Source of the DNA: Mobula hypostoma
Lineage: Eukaryota
Direction of reading: 5' to 3'
DNA length: 64,000 nt
Assembly (NCBI RefSeq): GCF_963921235.1
Contig: NC_086097.1
Span: 64,482,001 to 64,546,000, forward strand
Below, piece after piece: positions 26,738-39,479 of this stretch. How positions within the stretch are numbered: the stretch's first letter is position 1; each line of letters begins with the position of its first letter. Under the pieces are notes generated by a model, which was not told the DNA's origin, ran no database searches, and was given only the letters and a program-made list of their open reading frames with translations. A program made the position numbers and the translations under genes.

Positions 26738-27447
26738 CTTGGGCTATCCAAAGTCCTTTCCCCTTGACTACAACCATTACATGTAAGATATAAAACTACA
26801 TCTTCCATCTTAAATCATATCTCATACCTGATATATCATTATTCCTATTCCATTTGGCTTAGCAGACAACACAGCTCAAAAGGAACTCAAAAGGGAAATC
26901 ATCAGTAAATTCAAGCACTATAATCTAGTGCATGAGAAACCATTTGTTTTCCCTACCTAAATTCCCACACACTCTCACATCAGTGGGATGTGGACCACTA
27001 CTGTTTAATTAGGGTTGAGCAATCAATTTAGTTTTATTTTTCTATTTTCAGGTGCTGGTTTGAAAACAATAATTTGATGAGCAAAGTTGTATCACCCCAA
27101 GAGCATCCTTGTAAGTTATACAATAGTAAGAAAAATGGCATTCATTGACAAAAGTATGCAAATGATACTGAGGTTACAACAAAATAGGATAAGAATGAAA
27201 AGGAATAGGCCATACAGCCCATTGAATCTGCTCCACACTGCACAAAGATCATTACTGATATTGAGCCACAAGTCTATTTTGTCACCTGATTCCAAAATCC
27301 TCTGATTTATTTAGAATCAATTGTCAGACTTGAAGATGCTTAAAGGCAGATAACTCATAGCTTTCTGAAGTAGAGAATCACAATGCTGAGGAAATTTTGT
27401 CCTATTTCAGTCACAAATTACCGATTTGTTTTCTTTTAACATTGAGA

Positions 27448-27670
27448 AAGATACAGCACAAAACAGGCCCTCCAGCTCATCAGGTGTGTGCTGACCATTA
27501 ACCACCCATTTACATTAATCCTGTTTTTAAATCTTCCCACAACTCCTCAGTGTCCTCTAGATTCTACCATTTGCCTACATATTAGAGTCAATTATAATGG
27601 ACAATTAACCTACAGACCTTTACGTCTATGGGATGTGGGAGAAAACTCATATTCCACACAGGCAACAACA
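27448..27670 (-). mobile_element. Degenerate HE1/V-SINE-like element
   Basis: caattaacctacagacctttacgtctatgggatgtgggagaaaac resembles the V-SINE core in reverse, with a CR1-type tail (gatacagcacaaaacaggccc). Recognised from memory only. Confidence 0.45.
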
Positions 27671-30099
27671 AGGTATGTTTGTTGCTAGAACTATTCTAGT
27701 TTCACGGGAGTTTTGGTAGATTATTACTAATGCATAAATTATCTCTGTAGCTACTTATTATGGAATGCAGATCACCTGGTCCCAAAAACTTGTTTGGGTT
27801 AATCTCCTTAATTTATCAAGGAAGCAAAGAAATGGTAGTTTCGTAAACTGACATCTTCATCTAAAGTGAAAAATATTGCATTTCAATTAAATATTAATTG
27901 GGCTAAAATATGAAGAAAAGCTGGTTCAAGTAAGAGATTTCTTGACAAAATCTCAGTACAACCTTAAGATTAATGCTTCTCTGCAGGGATACAAATGGCT
28001 GTTAAATGTCCTATATTGCTGGGTTAATTATTAATAAATAAAAGAATACTAACTTGTTGCTTCCAATAGTCATCGATGTAGAAAAGAGAATATACCAAAA
28101 CTTTTCACTGTGATACCTTATCTGCAAGGGAGCATCTAGGCCACCTGTTGCTGACTGATCAGTGTATTATTTCCTGTTATGTCCTGGACACAATCTCAGT
28201 TTAACATCACCTCTGGGAAGCCTTTGTTCAAGGATGCAGTTACTTTTCTCCTGCTGTGTTACACATTGGGACCTTCATTCATTGTGCCGTGCTGACCTTG
28301 TTAGTGGATTTGAATAGGCCACCACAGAAGCCTTTCATTGCGTACATGCACAGGAACTCCTGGGTGGCCTTTTGTCGGGCTGAGAGCTCTTGTTAATGGA
28401 CTGCTGAGTTAGAACGATTGCAGTACATGAACTCACTAACCAAAGAAAAGAGAGACAAAGAGCTTCTAGTGGTTACATCTAGGTCAAGCTTGTACAAAGT
28501 GAACACTGGCCTATTAATGTCAAAGCTAAATATACACGTAACCCAAGCAAGCATTTTAAAATAAAAGTACACCAAGAAATTTCATTTCATTAAATTGATA
28601 AAGGGAATCAAATTGTGTTCCACTTTGATTAGTTTTATGTGAATCTTCACTGTTACTATATTGAGAGGGGAGCTGTTCAGATCTCACCAAAAGTCTTACA
28701 CAAGAAACTTAAACACTAGCACTTTCAAAATTAGAGACCAGGCTAAATTGTACTTTTACTTTCAAAATGTGGACATTTTGAGATAAGAATAAAACTCACT
28801 AAAACCAAATTAGACAAGTTGAAAACTTTTGATCATTATTAATTTAATTTTGATATGACTTCTTTGATATATTTCCTGCTGCTGGTCCTTATAAATATCA
28901 ACAGATAATTTATTGTACAATTCTTAGATTTTTATCCCTTGAGTAAACGCATTCCTAGCATTAATAATACATTTTTGCTTTTACCCTGACAATTTTGTAA
29001 TGTTGATTAAGGGCTCGTTAATTGCTTTTTGCAATCTTATGTTGTTTGTTACTCAATTTAAATCATTACAGCTAATTTCCTCTTTCCTTTGTTCTAAGAT
29101 GTTAAATAGGGCAGGTCATCCAAAGAGAACTGTAATTGTCCAATCCAAGTATCATCATCATTTCCTGTTCTGAGCTATTCACCTGGCCATGGGGGAGCCT
29201 TGGTGCAAGAACGTATGCTTGTAAGGCTAGGTAATGACCAAATACTCCAAAATTTCAATACCCAATGCAAATAAATAATGTTTGTCTCACAAAGATTTTC
29301 TGCATGCATAAATTAACGTGTAGCTATTTTGTTATCAGTTATAACAGCTATTGTTTACTTCTCAAATGAAACCAAGAAAATATCCAGATGTTCCATATCT
29401 ATTAGCCATATACTGAAGTGCTTTACTAAAATACGCATTTGCTAGTGATTGTTCCGTCTTCATATTTATTATTTTCCAGTACAGTGGAGTAGGTTAGAAT
29501 TTAATAGTGTTGATGAATTCAGAAAACATTCAAGCAATATTCAAGCCAAGAATTGTTTGGTGTCCCATGTTATCATGAAGTGCCCCGATGAACCACAGGC
29601 TTGGGTACTACCAAATTTGCATTCCGCAGAAACTAAAAAAAAATGGAACTGAGGCTGGATCTTGGTCTGGAGCAGGAGTGGGCCACAGCTGGAGGCTTGA
29701 ATGAGGCTTGAGGTCGAAAAGGTTATGGCCATTCAATGAGTTTGGGGATTCAGGGCAGAGTTTGAGGAGTTTGGAAAGATCAGTGAAGTGCTGATCAAGG
29801 ATGTTAAGATGAGTGGGTATGCTGATGGCAGTGTGGGAGGGGTGGTGTAGCAATGGGACTTTACTTAGTATGGATCCAAACTGGAGTAACACTCACACAT
29901 GCACTTGAAGTGACCAACAATGTTCACCCTCCAGAACACCATGCTGTAATTTTCCTAGCAATGCACCGGAAGGAACAATATTCTTTGATGTCAATTTGTC
30001 TCAGAAATTATGTCATATATGCAAGTGCAACTCATATTGAGAATTCAGCATCTTGATTTCCAGAGTAATATGAAATGAAGCAGTAGCGATCATTATGGT

Positions 30100-30285
30100 C
30101 ACAGAAAATGCTGGCTATACGCAGTAGGTTAGGGACCCTCTACAAAAATTGAAACAAAATTATCGTTTCTGGTCAAAGATTGTCATCAGAACATTAGATC
30201 TTGTTTTCCTTTCCATAGATGCTGTCTACACTGTTAAGTGTTTCTTGTACTTTTTATTTACAAGATTTCCAGGATCTGAAGTTCA
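30100..30285. mobile_element. Old short inverted Penelope terminal-repeat remnant
   Basis: Left arm cacagaaaatgctgg..tcatcagaac and right arm ccatagatgctg..agatttccaggatctg are decayed inverted relatives of the terminal repeat. Confidence 0.45.
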
Positions 30286-31634
30286 TTTTACTTTCAAGCT
30301 AAGCTGAAGTATTTCTGGTACAGGCCACCAGAATTCAGTACACCAGTCTGTATGAAAATACAAGCTGTTGATACTGGAAATGTAATACAAAAGCAGAAAA
30401 TGGTGGATACAGTTACTAACTTTCCACATAAAGAGGATGATCAACTGAAAATCTTGTGTGTGTCTCCATGTTCTGTGCAATTTCAAGCCCTTTATTTCAA
30501 GGTGCTTGTGTTTCAGAAAGGCAGAAAATCTAGCCTAAACAACCTGAATATTTTTGATATGTGTGACATTGCAATTATTTCATAGTAAAATAAATAGGAA
30601 AATAATAACTTTCATTTCACTTGTGACCCTCAAAAGGTTACCATTTGCAAACTGTAGACAGGGAGAAAAAGTAGAAAAAATGGAATGGTATTCTTTACAT
30701 GCATTATCTATAAATGCCAGTTTGACATATAGATAGATTTTAATGTGGCGGCAGAGGGAAAATAGACAAGTAGCTACCTGATAACTTCAAAGGTATTTTT
30801 GTGAGGCAGAATTATTGTCCAGGACTCTGGAAGTTAAATGCTGCTCTCTAGCAACTGCAGCTTCCCCCTTGTCCACAATTCCTCCAGCTGTGGATATACC
30901 AATCGGATTGACCTCTGACCCACCCAAATAATACCAGATGCAGCTTTTGAGATGCACCTCTGCGAACAATGGGATTTAAAACAGACTGTGCTATGCCCTA
31001 TTTGTCAGGCTGACCAGGGACTGTTTGGTCTCTTGATAGTTAAGAGCTGCCTTTTGCTGCAGTAACTATCAGGACGATTTTTGTTTAAATCAGTGACTTA
31101 ATCTGGTTCTTATGAGAAATGAATTGGGCATTGAAAGAAAAGGGGGAGCCTGATCTAACACACCCACTGCATTTCATGCTTAATATTAGAAATGAAATTG
31201 CTTCTAAAAAGCTTTGGTGCTTCCCTCAAAATATATAAAACAACTTTTGCTGCTTTAAATTGGTGCTGAAGTCTAACTGACCACAATTGGCTTGTTTGGC
31301 AGAAGTTCTGCCCATGAAGCCAATTGTGTTCAATTGGATCCACATTTCCACCCAATGATACATCAAAAGAAAAATATAGCAGCCCATTTATCTTATTGCA
31401 GAGTGTGATTTGATAGTTTCTAAGTGCAGCATAACCAGACAGATGTGCCTCAAGTCCACTGTTAAATCAATAAAAGATTACACTATAGTTTTGGTTGCCT
31501 TGATGTATTTATTGAACTGGCAGTGTAGGATGCTGATGTTAACTAAGCCATGGTGCAAACTGAAGAAGGGTGATCTCTCAGTGTCTTGGTGGCCATTTAT
31601 CTCTCAACCATGCTTCAAAGACAGATTTACCTTC

Positions 31635-32115
31635 TAACACACACAAAATGCTGGTGGACGCAGCAGGCCAGGCAACATCTATAGGAAGAGGTACAGTCGA
31701 TGTTTCGGGCCGAGACCCTTCGTCAGGACTAACTGAAAGAAGAAATAATAAGATTTGAAAGTGGGAGGGGGAGATCCGAAATGATAGGAGAAGACAGGGG
31801 AGGAGGGATGGAGCTAAGAGCTGGAAAGTTGATTGGCAAAAGGGATACAAGGCTGGAGAAGGGAGAGGATCATGGGATGGGAGGCCTAGGGAGAAAGGAA
31901 GGGGGAGGGGAGCACCAGAGGAAGATATAATGACAGGGACAGAGGGAGAAAAAAGAAAGAAAAAGAAAGGGGGGGAATAAATAAATAAATCAATAAATAA
32001 GGGATGGGGTAAGCAGGGGAGAAGGAACACCTACCACCCCACCAGCCTCTGGATCCCACAAATAATTCTTCGTAACTTCCGCCACCTCCAATGGGATCCC
32101 ACCACCAAGCACATA
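31635..32115 (-). mobile_element. Penelope-like terminal repeat (minus) plus short internal fragment
   Basis: Homologous to 60200-60566 in reverse; contains a hammerhead motif at 31695-31730. Confidence 0.8.
31695..31730 (-). ncRNA. Minimal hammerhead ribozyme motif (variant)
   Basis: Reverse complement AGTC-CTGACGA-AGGG(tctcgg)CCC-GAAA-CA-TC-GACT; core intact, ACGT palindrome mutated to ACAT. Confidence 0.6.
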
Positions 32116-33060
32116 TTTCTATTTAGATGTTGCAATTGTGTTCATGCTCACTTTCATTCCTGTCTGCAACTCAATTGCATCTCTGTCAGTGGTTCCATTG
32201 GAACAGTGATTTCAACTGCTCTTTCAAATGTGAGATGTGTTTTAGCTGTTTTTGAATGCTTTCTTGTAAGATTCAACAAACGAAATGACCTGTCAGTGCA
32301 TCATTATGCCTATTACTGAACCAGCAATGTTCAGACAATCTCTTCAATTCAGCCACGTATGCTGAAATGGATTCCCTTTCTTTTTGATTCCACTTATGAA
32401 ACCTAAAGTGTTCTGCAATCAACAATGGCTTTGGTTCTAAATGTTCCTGCATTACTTTGACAATATCAGCAAAGCTAATTTCTGCTTGTTTGGTTGGACC
32501 AGCTAAACATTGAAGCAAACTGTATATGTTTAAACACAATGCGCTCAGCAAAATTGGCATTTGTTTCTCATTGGCTATTTCATTTGCTTCAAAATATTGT
32601 TCAATTAGCTCAGTACCTGAGCCAGCTATCTCTTGTGGAATCAAATGCACCAATCTTTCTGATGTAGTCAGCCATTTCTGCTTTTTTTGTAATGATTATT
32701 ATCACCCAGTATTCACTCTTTATGAACCCATGAATTCTTCTGTTTTCTTACTTTTTTCAAGAGCGTTGATCGTGTCTTCCCTTCTGAAGAACCCATGTTG
32801 GGCTGCTTTTATTTTTAACTTTACCATCTCTGCATTTTTTACTCACGTGATTTTTTTTTAGTCTGAACATCTCGCAGTGCTTCAACAGGTTGATAGCTGT
32901 CTCAGATTCATTTTTAAAAATATCATGGTGCCAATGTTATGTTTTGTAGCTTCAAATCATTGAACTAATACAAAGGAAGACTTAGAAGTCCAAACTGTTA
33001 GTCTAACTTTGTGTTTACTTTAAGTGAGGTGTGCACATATCACATGATAGCATGATCATG
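32116..33060 (-). mobile_element. Inverted 5' half of a Gypsy element (partial 5' LTR 32935-33060, PBS-like TGG, gag N-terminus)
   Basis: YFEANEIANEKQMPILLS..HLEPKPLLIAEHFRFHKWNQKERESISAYVAELKRLSEHC; LTR end ..cataaca followed by ttggcaccatg. Confidence 0.85.
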
Positions 33061-33071
33061 TATAAATAAAA

Positions 33072-33202
33072 TAGAGGCATCTGTTAGTCTTGCGAGACCA
33101 TGGATCTGCACCTGGAAGGTCTTCACTCTCCAGGGTGCAGGCCTGGGCAAGGTTGTATGGAAGACCGGCAGTTGCCCATGCTGCAGTCTCCCCTCTCCAT
33201 GA
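33072..33202 (-). mobile_element. RTE-related non-autonomous element, 3' fragment
   Basis: Minus-strand end atccatggtctcgcaagactaacagatgcctc followed by an AT-rich tail resembles RTE 3' termini. Confidence 0.55.
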
Positions 33203-34084
33203 CAATTGAGTTGCAGACAGGAATGAAAGTGAGCATGAACACAATTGCAACATCTAAATAGAAACCAGCCTGGCCAAACAAATTGTGTTACCGTTGTGGC
33301 AGGGGCTCAGATAAACCAGACCAATGCAAGTTAAAAGGTGAAACTTGCAGAAAATGCAACAAAGTAGGACACATACAAAGAGCATGTTGGGCAGACAAAA
33401 ATAAATGGACTACGCAGGGAAGAGGAAAAAGCCAAAAAATAAAGATGTATTTTAAAAAGGAGCACTCATCTACATGCTAGTGATGAAAAGTCTGATAATG
33501 ATGAGAGTGACACAGGATTGCATAGCCTTGAGATTTACATTGTGAAAGCTAACAGTACTTAAACAATATAGCTTACACTACAAGTGAACAGCAAATTAAT
33601 TAAAATGGATTGGACACTGGTTCAGCTGTTTCAGTCATTCCACAAAATGAGTCAGAACAGCATTTCAAAGATATTAAACTGATGCCTGCAGATACCTAAC
33701 TAAACCTATACTGGAAAACAGATAACTCCTGTGGGAATGACATTTGTGACAGTGAAATTCAACAGCCAACAAGCCATATTGAGCAGTTACGTGGTAAAAG
33801 CAGGAGGGCCAGCATTGTCAGACATGAGAGAGTCAGAGTGAGCGGTAGCAGAGTGTAGGGCTTTGGCTTCAACGGGCTTTGGCGGTAAACGGGAATAGGC
33901 GAGAGCGAAGAACCAACTCTTTTTTTCTCCCACCCACTTTCACGAATCGGCCACGACAGACAGGAACAACAGGGCTCTCACAGATAACGGTACGAGCTAA
34001 CGGTTTAAAAAGTTCGTCTGTTTGGCGAGGTAAGTGGGTGAGTAGACTTATTTTTCCTGTTTCATTCCTGTAGAATTAGGTAGC

Positions 34085-35020
34085 ATGCCTGCAGGGTTAG
34101 TGCTTTGTTCAGGGTGTCAGATGTGGGAATCCTGGGAGACCTCCAGCCTCCCTGATGGCCACATCTGCGCCAGGTGCACCGAGATGCAGCTCCTCAGAGA
34201 CCGTATTAGGGATCTGGAGCTGCAGCTTGATGACCTACTGCTGATCAGGGAAAGTGAAGAGGTGATAGACAGGAGCTACAGGGAGGTAGTCATCCCTAGG
34301 CTACAGGGGTCAGAGAACTGGGTCACTGTCAAGAGAGGGAAGGAAAATGCCCGGATAGTGGAGAGCACACCTGTGGCTGACCCCCTCAGCAACAAATATC
34401 TTGTTCTGGATGCTGTTGAGGGGGATGACCTGACAGGGGACGCCCATGGTGACCGGGTCTCTGGCACTGAGCCTGGCGCTGTTGTGCAGGACAGAAGGAG
34501 GGAGAAGAGGTATGTGGTAGTCGTAGGGGATTCCATAGTCAGGGGAATGGACAGGAGATTCTGTGAGCCTGATAGAGACACCCGCATGGTGTGTTGTCTC
34601 CCAGGTGCCAGGGTACGGGATGTCTTGGATTGGGTCCGGAATATTCTGAAGGGGGAGGGTGAGCAGCCAGTTGTCTTGGTACATGTTGGTACCAATGACA
34701 TAGATAGGACAAAGGAGGAGATCCTGAAGAGAGATTTCCAGGATTTAGGAAGGAAGCTGAGAAGCAGGACCTCCAGGGTAGTAATCTCGGGATTGCTACC
34801 TGTGCCACGTGCTAGCGAGGGCAAGAATAGTAGGATCAGGCAGATGAATACGTGGCTGAGAGACTGGTGCAGGGGGCAGGGCTTCAGATTCTTGGATAAT
34901 TGGGATCTCTTCTGGGGGAAGTATGATCTGTTCAAAAAGGACGGGTTACACCTGAACCCGAAGGGGACCAATATCCTGGTGGGAAAATTTAATAGAGCTG
35001 TTAGGGAGGGTTTAAACTAA
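34085..35020 (+). CDS. CR1 ORF1 protein: N-terminal CxxC..CxxC zinc finger, coiled coil, SGNH esterase domain (intact frame, 311 aa)
   Basis: CSGC..CARC; VVVGDSIVR; CLPGA; HVGTND; DGLHLN. Confidence 0.88.
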   Translation: MPAGLVLCSGCQMWESWETSSLPDGHICARCTEMQLLRDRIRDLELQLDDLLLIRESEEVIDRSYREVVIPRLQGSENWVTVKRGKENARIVESTPVADPLSNKYLVLDAVEGDDLTGDAHGDRVSGTEPGAVVQDRRREKRYVVVVGDSIVRGMDRRFCEPDRDTRMVCCLPGARVRDVLDWVRNILKGEGEQPVVLVHVGTNDIDRTKEEILKRDFQDLGRKLRSRTSRVVISGLLPVPRASEGKNSRIRQMNTWLRDWCRGQGFRFLDNWDLFWGKYDLFKKDGLHLNPKGTNILVGKFNRAVREGLN

Positions 35021-35189
35021 TTTGATAGGGGGATGGGAACCGGAATGACAGAGTGGAGGAAGGGGAAAACAGAAATAAATCTAAGATAGTGAGCAGTAAA
35101 GATGTCAGGAAAGACAGGCAGGAGATGGAGCAAATTTGTAGCCATTGGGATGAGTTGCAGTGCAATAAAGTTGCAGTGAAATCAAAGCG

Positions 35190-38007
35190 AAAAGTACCAA
35201 ATACTGGTCTTAAGGTGTTGTACTTAAATGCACACAGCATAAGGAATAAGGTGGATGATCTCGTCGTACAGCTACAGATTGGCAGATATGATATTGTGGG
35301 CATCACTGAGACGTGTCTAAAGGATGCATGTCTCTGGGAGCTGAACGTCCAAGGATACACGGTGTATCAGAAGGATAGGAAGGTAGGCAGAGGGGGAGGC
35401 GTGGCTTTATTGGTAAGAAATGATATTAAATCATTAGAAAGAGGTGATACAGGATTGGAAGGTGCAGAATCTTTATGGGTTGAGCTGAGAAATCGCAGGG
35501 GTAAAAGGACCCTGATGGCAGTTATTTATAGGCCTCCAAACAGCTGCAGTGATGTGGACTACAAATTACAACAGGAAATAGAAAAGGCTTGTCAGAAGGG
35601 CAGTGTTATGATAATTGTGGGGGATTTTAACATGTGAGAGGATTGGGAAAATCAGGACGGCACTGGATCTCAAGAGGGAGCTTTTGTAGAATGTCTGCGA
35701 GATGGCTTTTTAGAACAGCTTGTTGTTGGGCCCACCAGGGGATCAGCTGTATTGGATTGGGTATTGTGTAATGAACTGGAGGTGATCAGAGAGATTGAGG
35801 TGAAGGAACCCTTAGGAGGCAGTGATCATAACATGATTGAGTTCACTGTGACATTTGAAAAAGAGAAGCGGATATCTGATGTGTCAGTATTTCAGTGGAG
35901 TAAAGAACATTACAGTGGCATGAGAGAGGAACTGGCCAAAGTTGACTGGAAAGAGACACTGGCAGGAAAGACAGCAGAACAGCAGTGGCTGGAGTTTATG
36001 CAAGAAGTGAGGAAGGTGCAAGACAGGTATATTCCAGAAAAGACGAAATTTTCGAATGGAAGAAGGATGCAACTGTGGTTGACAAGAGAAGTCAAAGCCA
36101 AAGTTAAAGCAAAGGAGAGGGCATTCAAGGAAGCAAAAATTAGTGGGAAGACAGAGGATTGGGAAGTTTTTTAAACCTTACAAAAGGAAACTAAGAAGGT
36201 CATTAAGAGAGAAAACATTAACTATGAAAGGAAGCTAGCAAATAATATCAAAGAGGATACTAAAAGCTTTTTCAAGTATATAAAAAGTAAAAGACAGGTG
36301 AGAGTAGATATAGGACTGATAGAAAATGATGCTGGAGAAATTGTAATGGGAGATAAGGAGATGGCAGAGGAACTGAATGAGTATTTTGCATCAGTCTTCA
36401 CTGAGGAAGACATCAGCAGGATACCGGACACTCAAGGGTGGCAGGGAAGAGAAGTGTGCGCAGTCACAATTATGACAGAGAAAGTACTCAGGAAGCTGAA
36501 TAGTCTAAAGGTAGATAAATCACCCGTACCAGATGGAATGCACCCGCGTGTTCTGAAAGAAGTAGCTGTGGAGATTGCGGAGGCATTAGCGATGATCTTT
36601 CAAAAGTCGATAGATTCTGGCATGGTTCCGGAGGACTGGAAGATTGCAAATGTCACTCCGCTATTTAAGAAGGGGGCAAGGAAGCAAAAAGGAAATTATA
36701 GACCTGTTAGTTTGACATCGGTGGTTGGGAAGTTGTTGGAGTTGATTGTCAAGGATGCGGTTACAGAGTACCTGGAGGCATATGACAAGATAGGCAGAAC
36801 TCAGCATGGATTCCTTAAAGGAAAATCCTGCCTGACAAACCTATTACAATTTTATGAGGAAATTACCAGTAGGCTGGACAAGGGAAATGCAGTGGATGTT
36901 GTATATTTGGATTTTCAGAAGGCCTTTGACAAGGTGCCACACATGAGGCTACTTAACAAGATAAGAGCGCATAGAATTACGGGAAAGTTACATACGTGGA
37001 TAGAGCGTTGGCTGATTGGCAGGAAACAGAGAGTGGGAATAAAGAGATCCTATTCTGGTTGGCTACCGGTTACCAGTGGTGTTCCACAGGGGTCCGTGTT
37101 GGGGGCCGCTTCTTTTTACATTGTACATCAACCATTTGGATTATGGAATAGATGGCTTTGTGGCTAAGTTTGCTGACGATATGAAGATCGGTGGAGGGGC
37201 TGGTAGTGCTGAGGAACGGAGAGTCTGCAGAGAGACTTGGATAGATTGGAAGAATGGGCAAAGTAGTGGCAAATGAAGTACAATGTTGGAAAGTGTATGG
37301 TTATGCACTTTGGCAGAAGTAATAAACGGGCAGACTATTATTTAAATGGGGAAAGAATTCAAAGTTCTGAGATGCAACGAGACTTGGGAGTCCTTGTACA
37401 GGATACCCTTAAGGTTAACCTCCAGGTTGAGTCGGTAGTGAAGAAGGCGAATGCAATGTTGGCATTCATTTCTAGAGGAATAGAGTATTGGAGCAGGGAT
37501 GTGATGTTGAGGCTCTATAAGGTGCTGGTGAGACCTCACTTGGAGTACTGTGGGCAGTTTTGGTCTCCTTATTTAAGAAAGGATGTGCTGACGTTGGAGA
37601 GGGTACAGAGAAGATTCACTAGAATGATTCCGGGAATGAGAGGGTTAACATATGAGGAACGTTTGTCCGCTCTTGGACTGTATTCCTTGGAGTTTCGAAG
37701 AATGAGGGGAGACCGTATAGAAACATTTTGAATGTTGAGAGGCATGGACAGAGTGGATGTGGCAAAGTTGTTTCCCATGATGGGGGAGTCTAGTACGAGA
37801 GGGCATGACTTAAGGATTGAAGGGCACCCATTCAGAACAGAAATGCGAAGAAATTTTTTTAGTCAGAGGGTGGTGAATCTATGGAATTTGTTGCCACGGG
37901 CAGCAGTGGAGACCAAGTCATTGGGTGTATTTAAGGCAGAGATTCATAGGTATCTGAGTAGCCAGGGCATCAAAGGTTATGGTGAAAAAGCGGGGGAATG
38001 GGACTAA
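35190..38007 (+). pseudogene. CR1 ORF2 (endonuclease-RT), broken by stops and frameshifts
   Basis: YLNAHSIRNK, GITET, GDFN, SDHN, DFQKAFDKV, GVPQGSVLG, KFADD spread over several ORF pieces. Confidence 0.92.
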
Positions 38008-39479
38008 ATGTGAGAATGGATCAGCTCATGATAAAATGGCGGAGCAGACTCGATGGGCTGAATGGCTGACTTCTGCTTCTTTGTTTTATGGTCTTATGGT
38101 CTTATGAGTGGGTGAGACAACTACAATGCAATTTGAGATCCATCCGTTCTTTGCATGCCACATTTCCTGTAATAAAGTCAACAGAAGGCAAATTAAGAAA
38201 GATACTGGATGATGCTACAACTGCTTCCACACTGAACGCCATGAAATGTTGCCTAATGGAGGGTAAACAAATATTGGTGCCAACGTCTGTTCCTCTGGTT
38301 GGAAAGCATATTGGACCAAGGGAGGACCATCCTGCTGAGAGGAACCATGAATGTGACAAAAGCAGTGATCCGACTGCAACAGATTTTGTAGGCAACATAT
38401 CTGAGAAAGCTTTTGATATGTTCATCAGGTAGTTACTTGTGAAATCTGGGTTGGTTTTAAGCTGGAAGAGAGCTCAAGGAGCTTCAAGAAAGTTGCAAGC
38501 ATTCAGCTTTTGTAATTTAAAGAGCCAGAATCTACTCTGCACGTATTACAGTTATTGCATGAACTTCAAGTGGGAGGGAAAAAGCTGCTTGTAAAAGTAC
38601 ATGTAATGACTAAGCCCAGCTGGATGAACGGAAGACCATAAAGAAAGGAGTCAGTGGAGATATGAAAACAGAGCATTCGTCAGATGATGTTGTGGATGTG
38701 GAAACAAGAGGAGTGATCAGATCGTAAAGGGAACAATAGAAGGATTAATAAGAGAATACTCCAGTGAATGAAATGCACCATCTCAAGATCAAGATGCACA
38801 AACTAGAGGAAGAAAAAGGAAGGAGAAGAAACGTGTGCAGAGCTGTCAGAACCACTTCCTACAGTCTCAGAGTCAACTCCTACAACTGCCATGGGAGAGG
38901 CCCGAGGACCTGAGATTGTTTTCACAGCCACAAGTCTCTCCTGCCAAGCCAAGATATCCCCCTTGTCAGGAAAGACATTATTCCATAAGAATAAGAAAGC
39001 TTCCACAGTGATGAAATCTTCCGACCTAAATGGAACAATTTAAAATTTACTATGCTGTGGATGTCTGTATACAGTACTTGTATTATATAATACACTGTGC
39101 ATATAGTTGAGATCCATTCCCTATTGAGTCGGAGTTAATATACATTGGTTGATTAAGCATTCTTGTTTGTTCAGATAATTCATTACAATTATATGTATAA
39201 ATACGTGAATTGCATACATCATCATGCTACCATGTGATACATGTACACCTCACTTAAAGTAAACACAAAGTTATCAGTTCATTGTATTAGTTCAATGTTT
39301 TGAAGCTACAAAACATAGCATACTTGCTAGATAGGTATGGCAATAGTTATTTGGAACTCACTTAAGTTTAGGCTGGGCAACTCAAATTAGCACTAATGAG
39401 GGATGAATTCTCGGAATGTGTATTTCCAGATAAGAAATTGACAAAATATCTACAGAACAGGGCATTTTAGATCTTATAC

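Larger units (their letters stand above)
33829..38103 (+). mobile_element. Full-length CR1 LINE with 5-bp TSD ATGAG
   Basis: 5' UTR, ORF1, disrupted ORF2 (EN-RT), (TCTTATGG)n tail; atgag at 33824-33828 and 38104-38108. Confidence 0.95.
33203..39320 (+). mobile_element. Remainder of the same Gypsy element (gag Cys-His, protease, internally deleted pol, 3' LTR remnant to 39320), split by a CR1
   Basis: CYRCGR..C..CRKCNKVGHIQRAC; protease ttggacactggttcagctgtt (LDTGSAV); reading resumes at 38104 (EWVRQLQ); LTR end at 39283-39320 matches 32935-32972 in reverse. Confidence 0.8.

Noticed and set aside
26740..31630. Host gene exons
   Set aside because: Short ORFs show no recognisable domains and I could not assemble a credible exon chain; small exons cannot be excluded without RNA-seq.
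34276..34971. 231-aa antisense ORF (similar ones at 57540-58220, 58716-59237 and 55268-55915)
   Set aside because: Reverse-strand shadows of CR1 coding sequence with no independent domain evidence.
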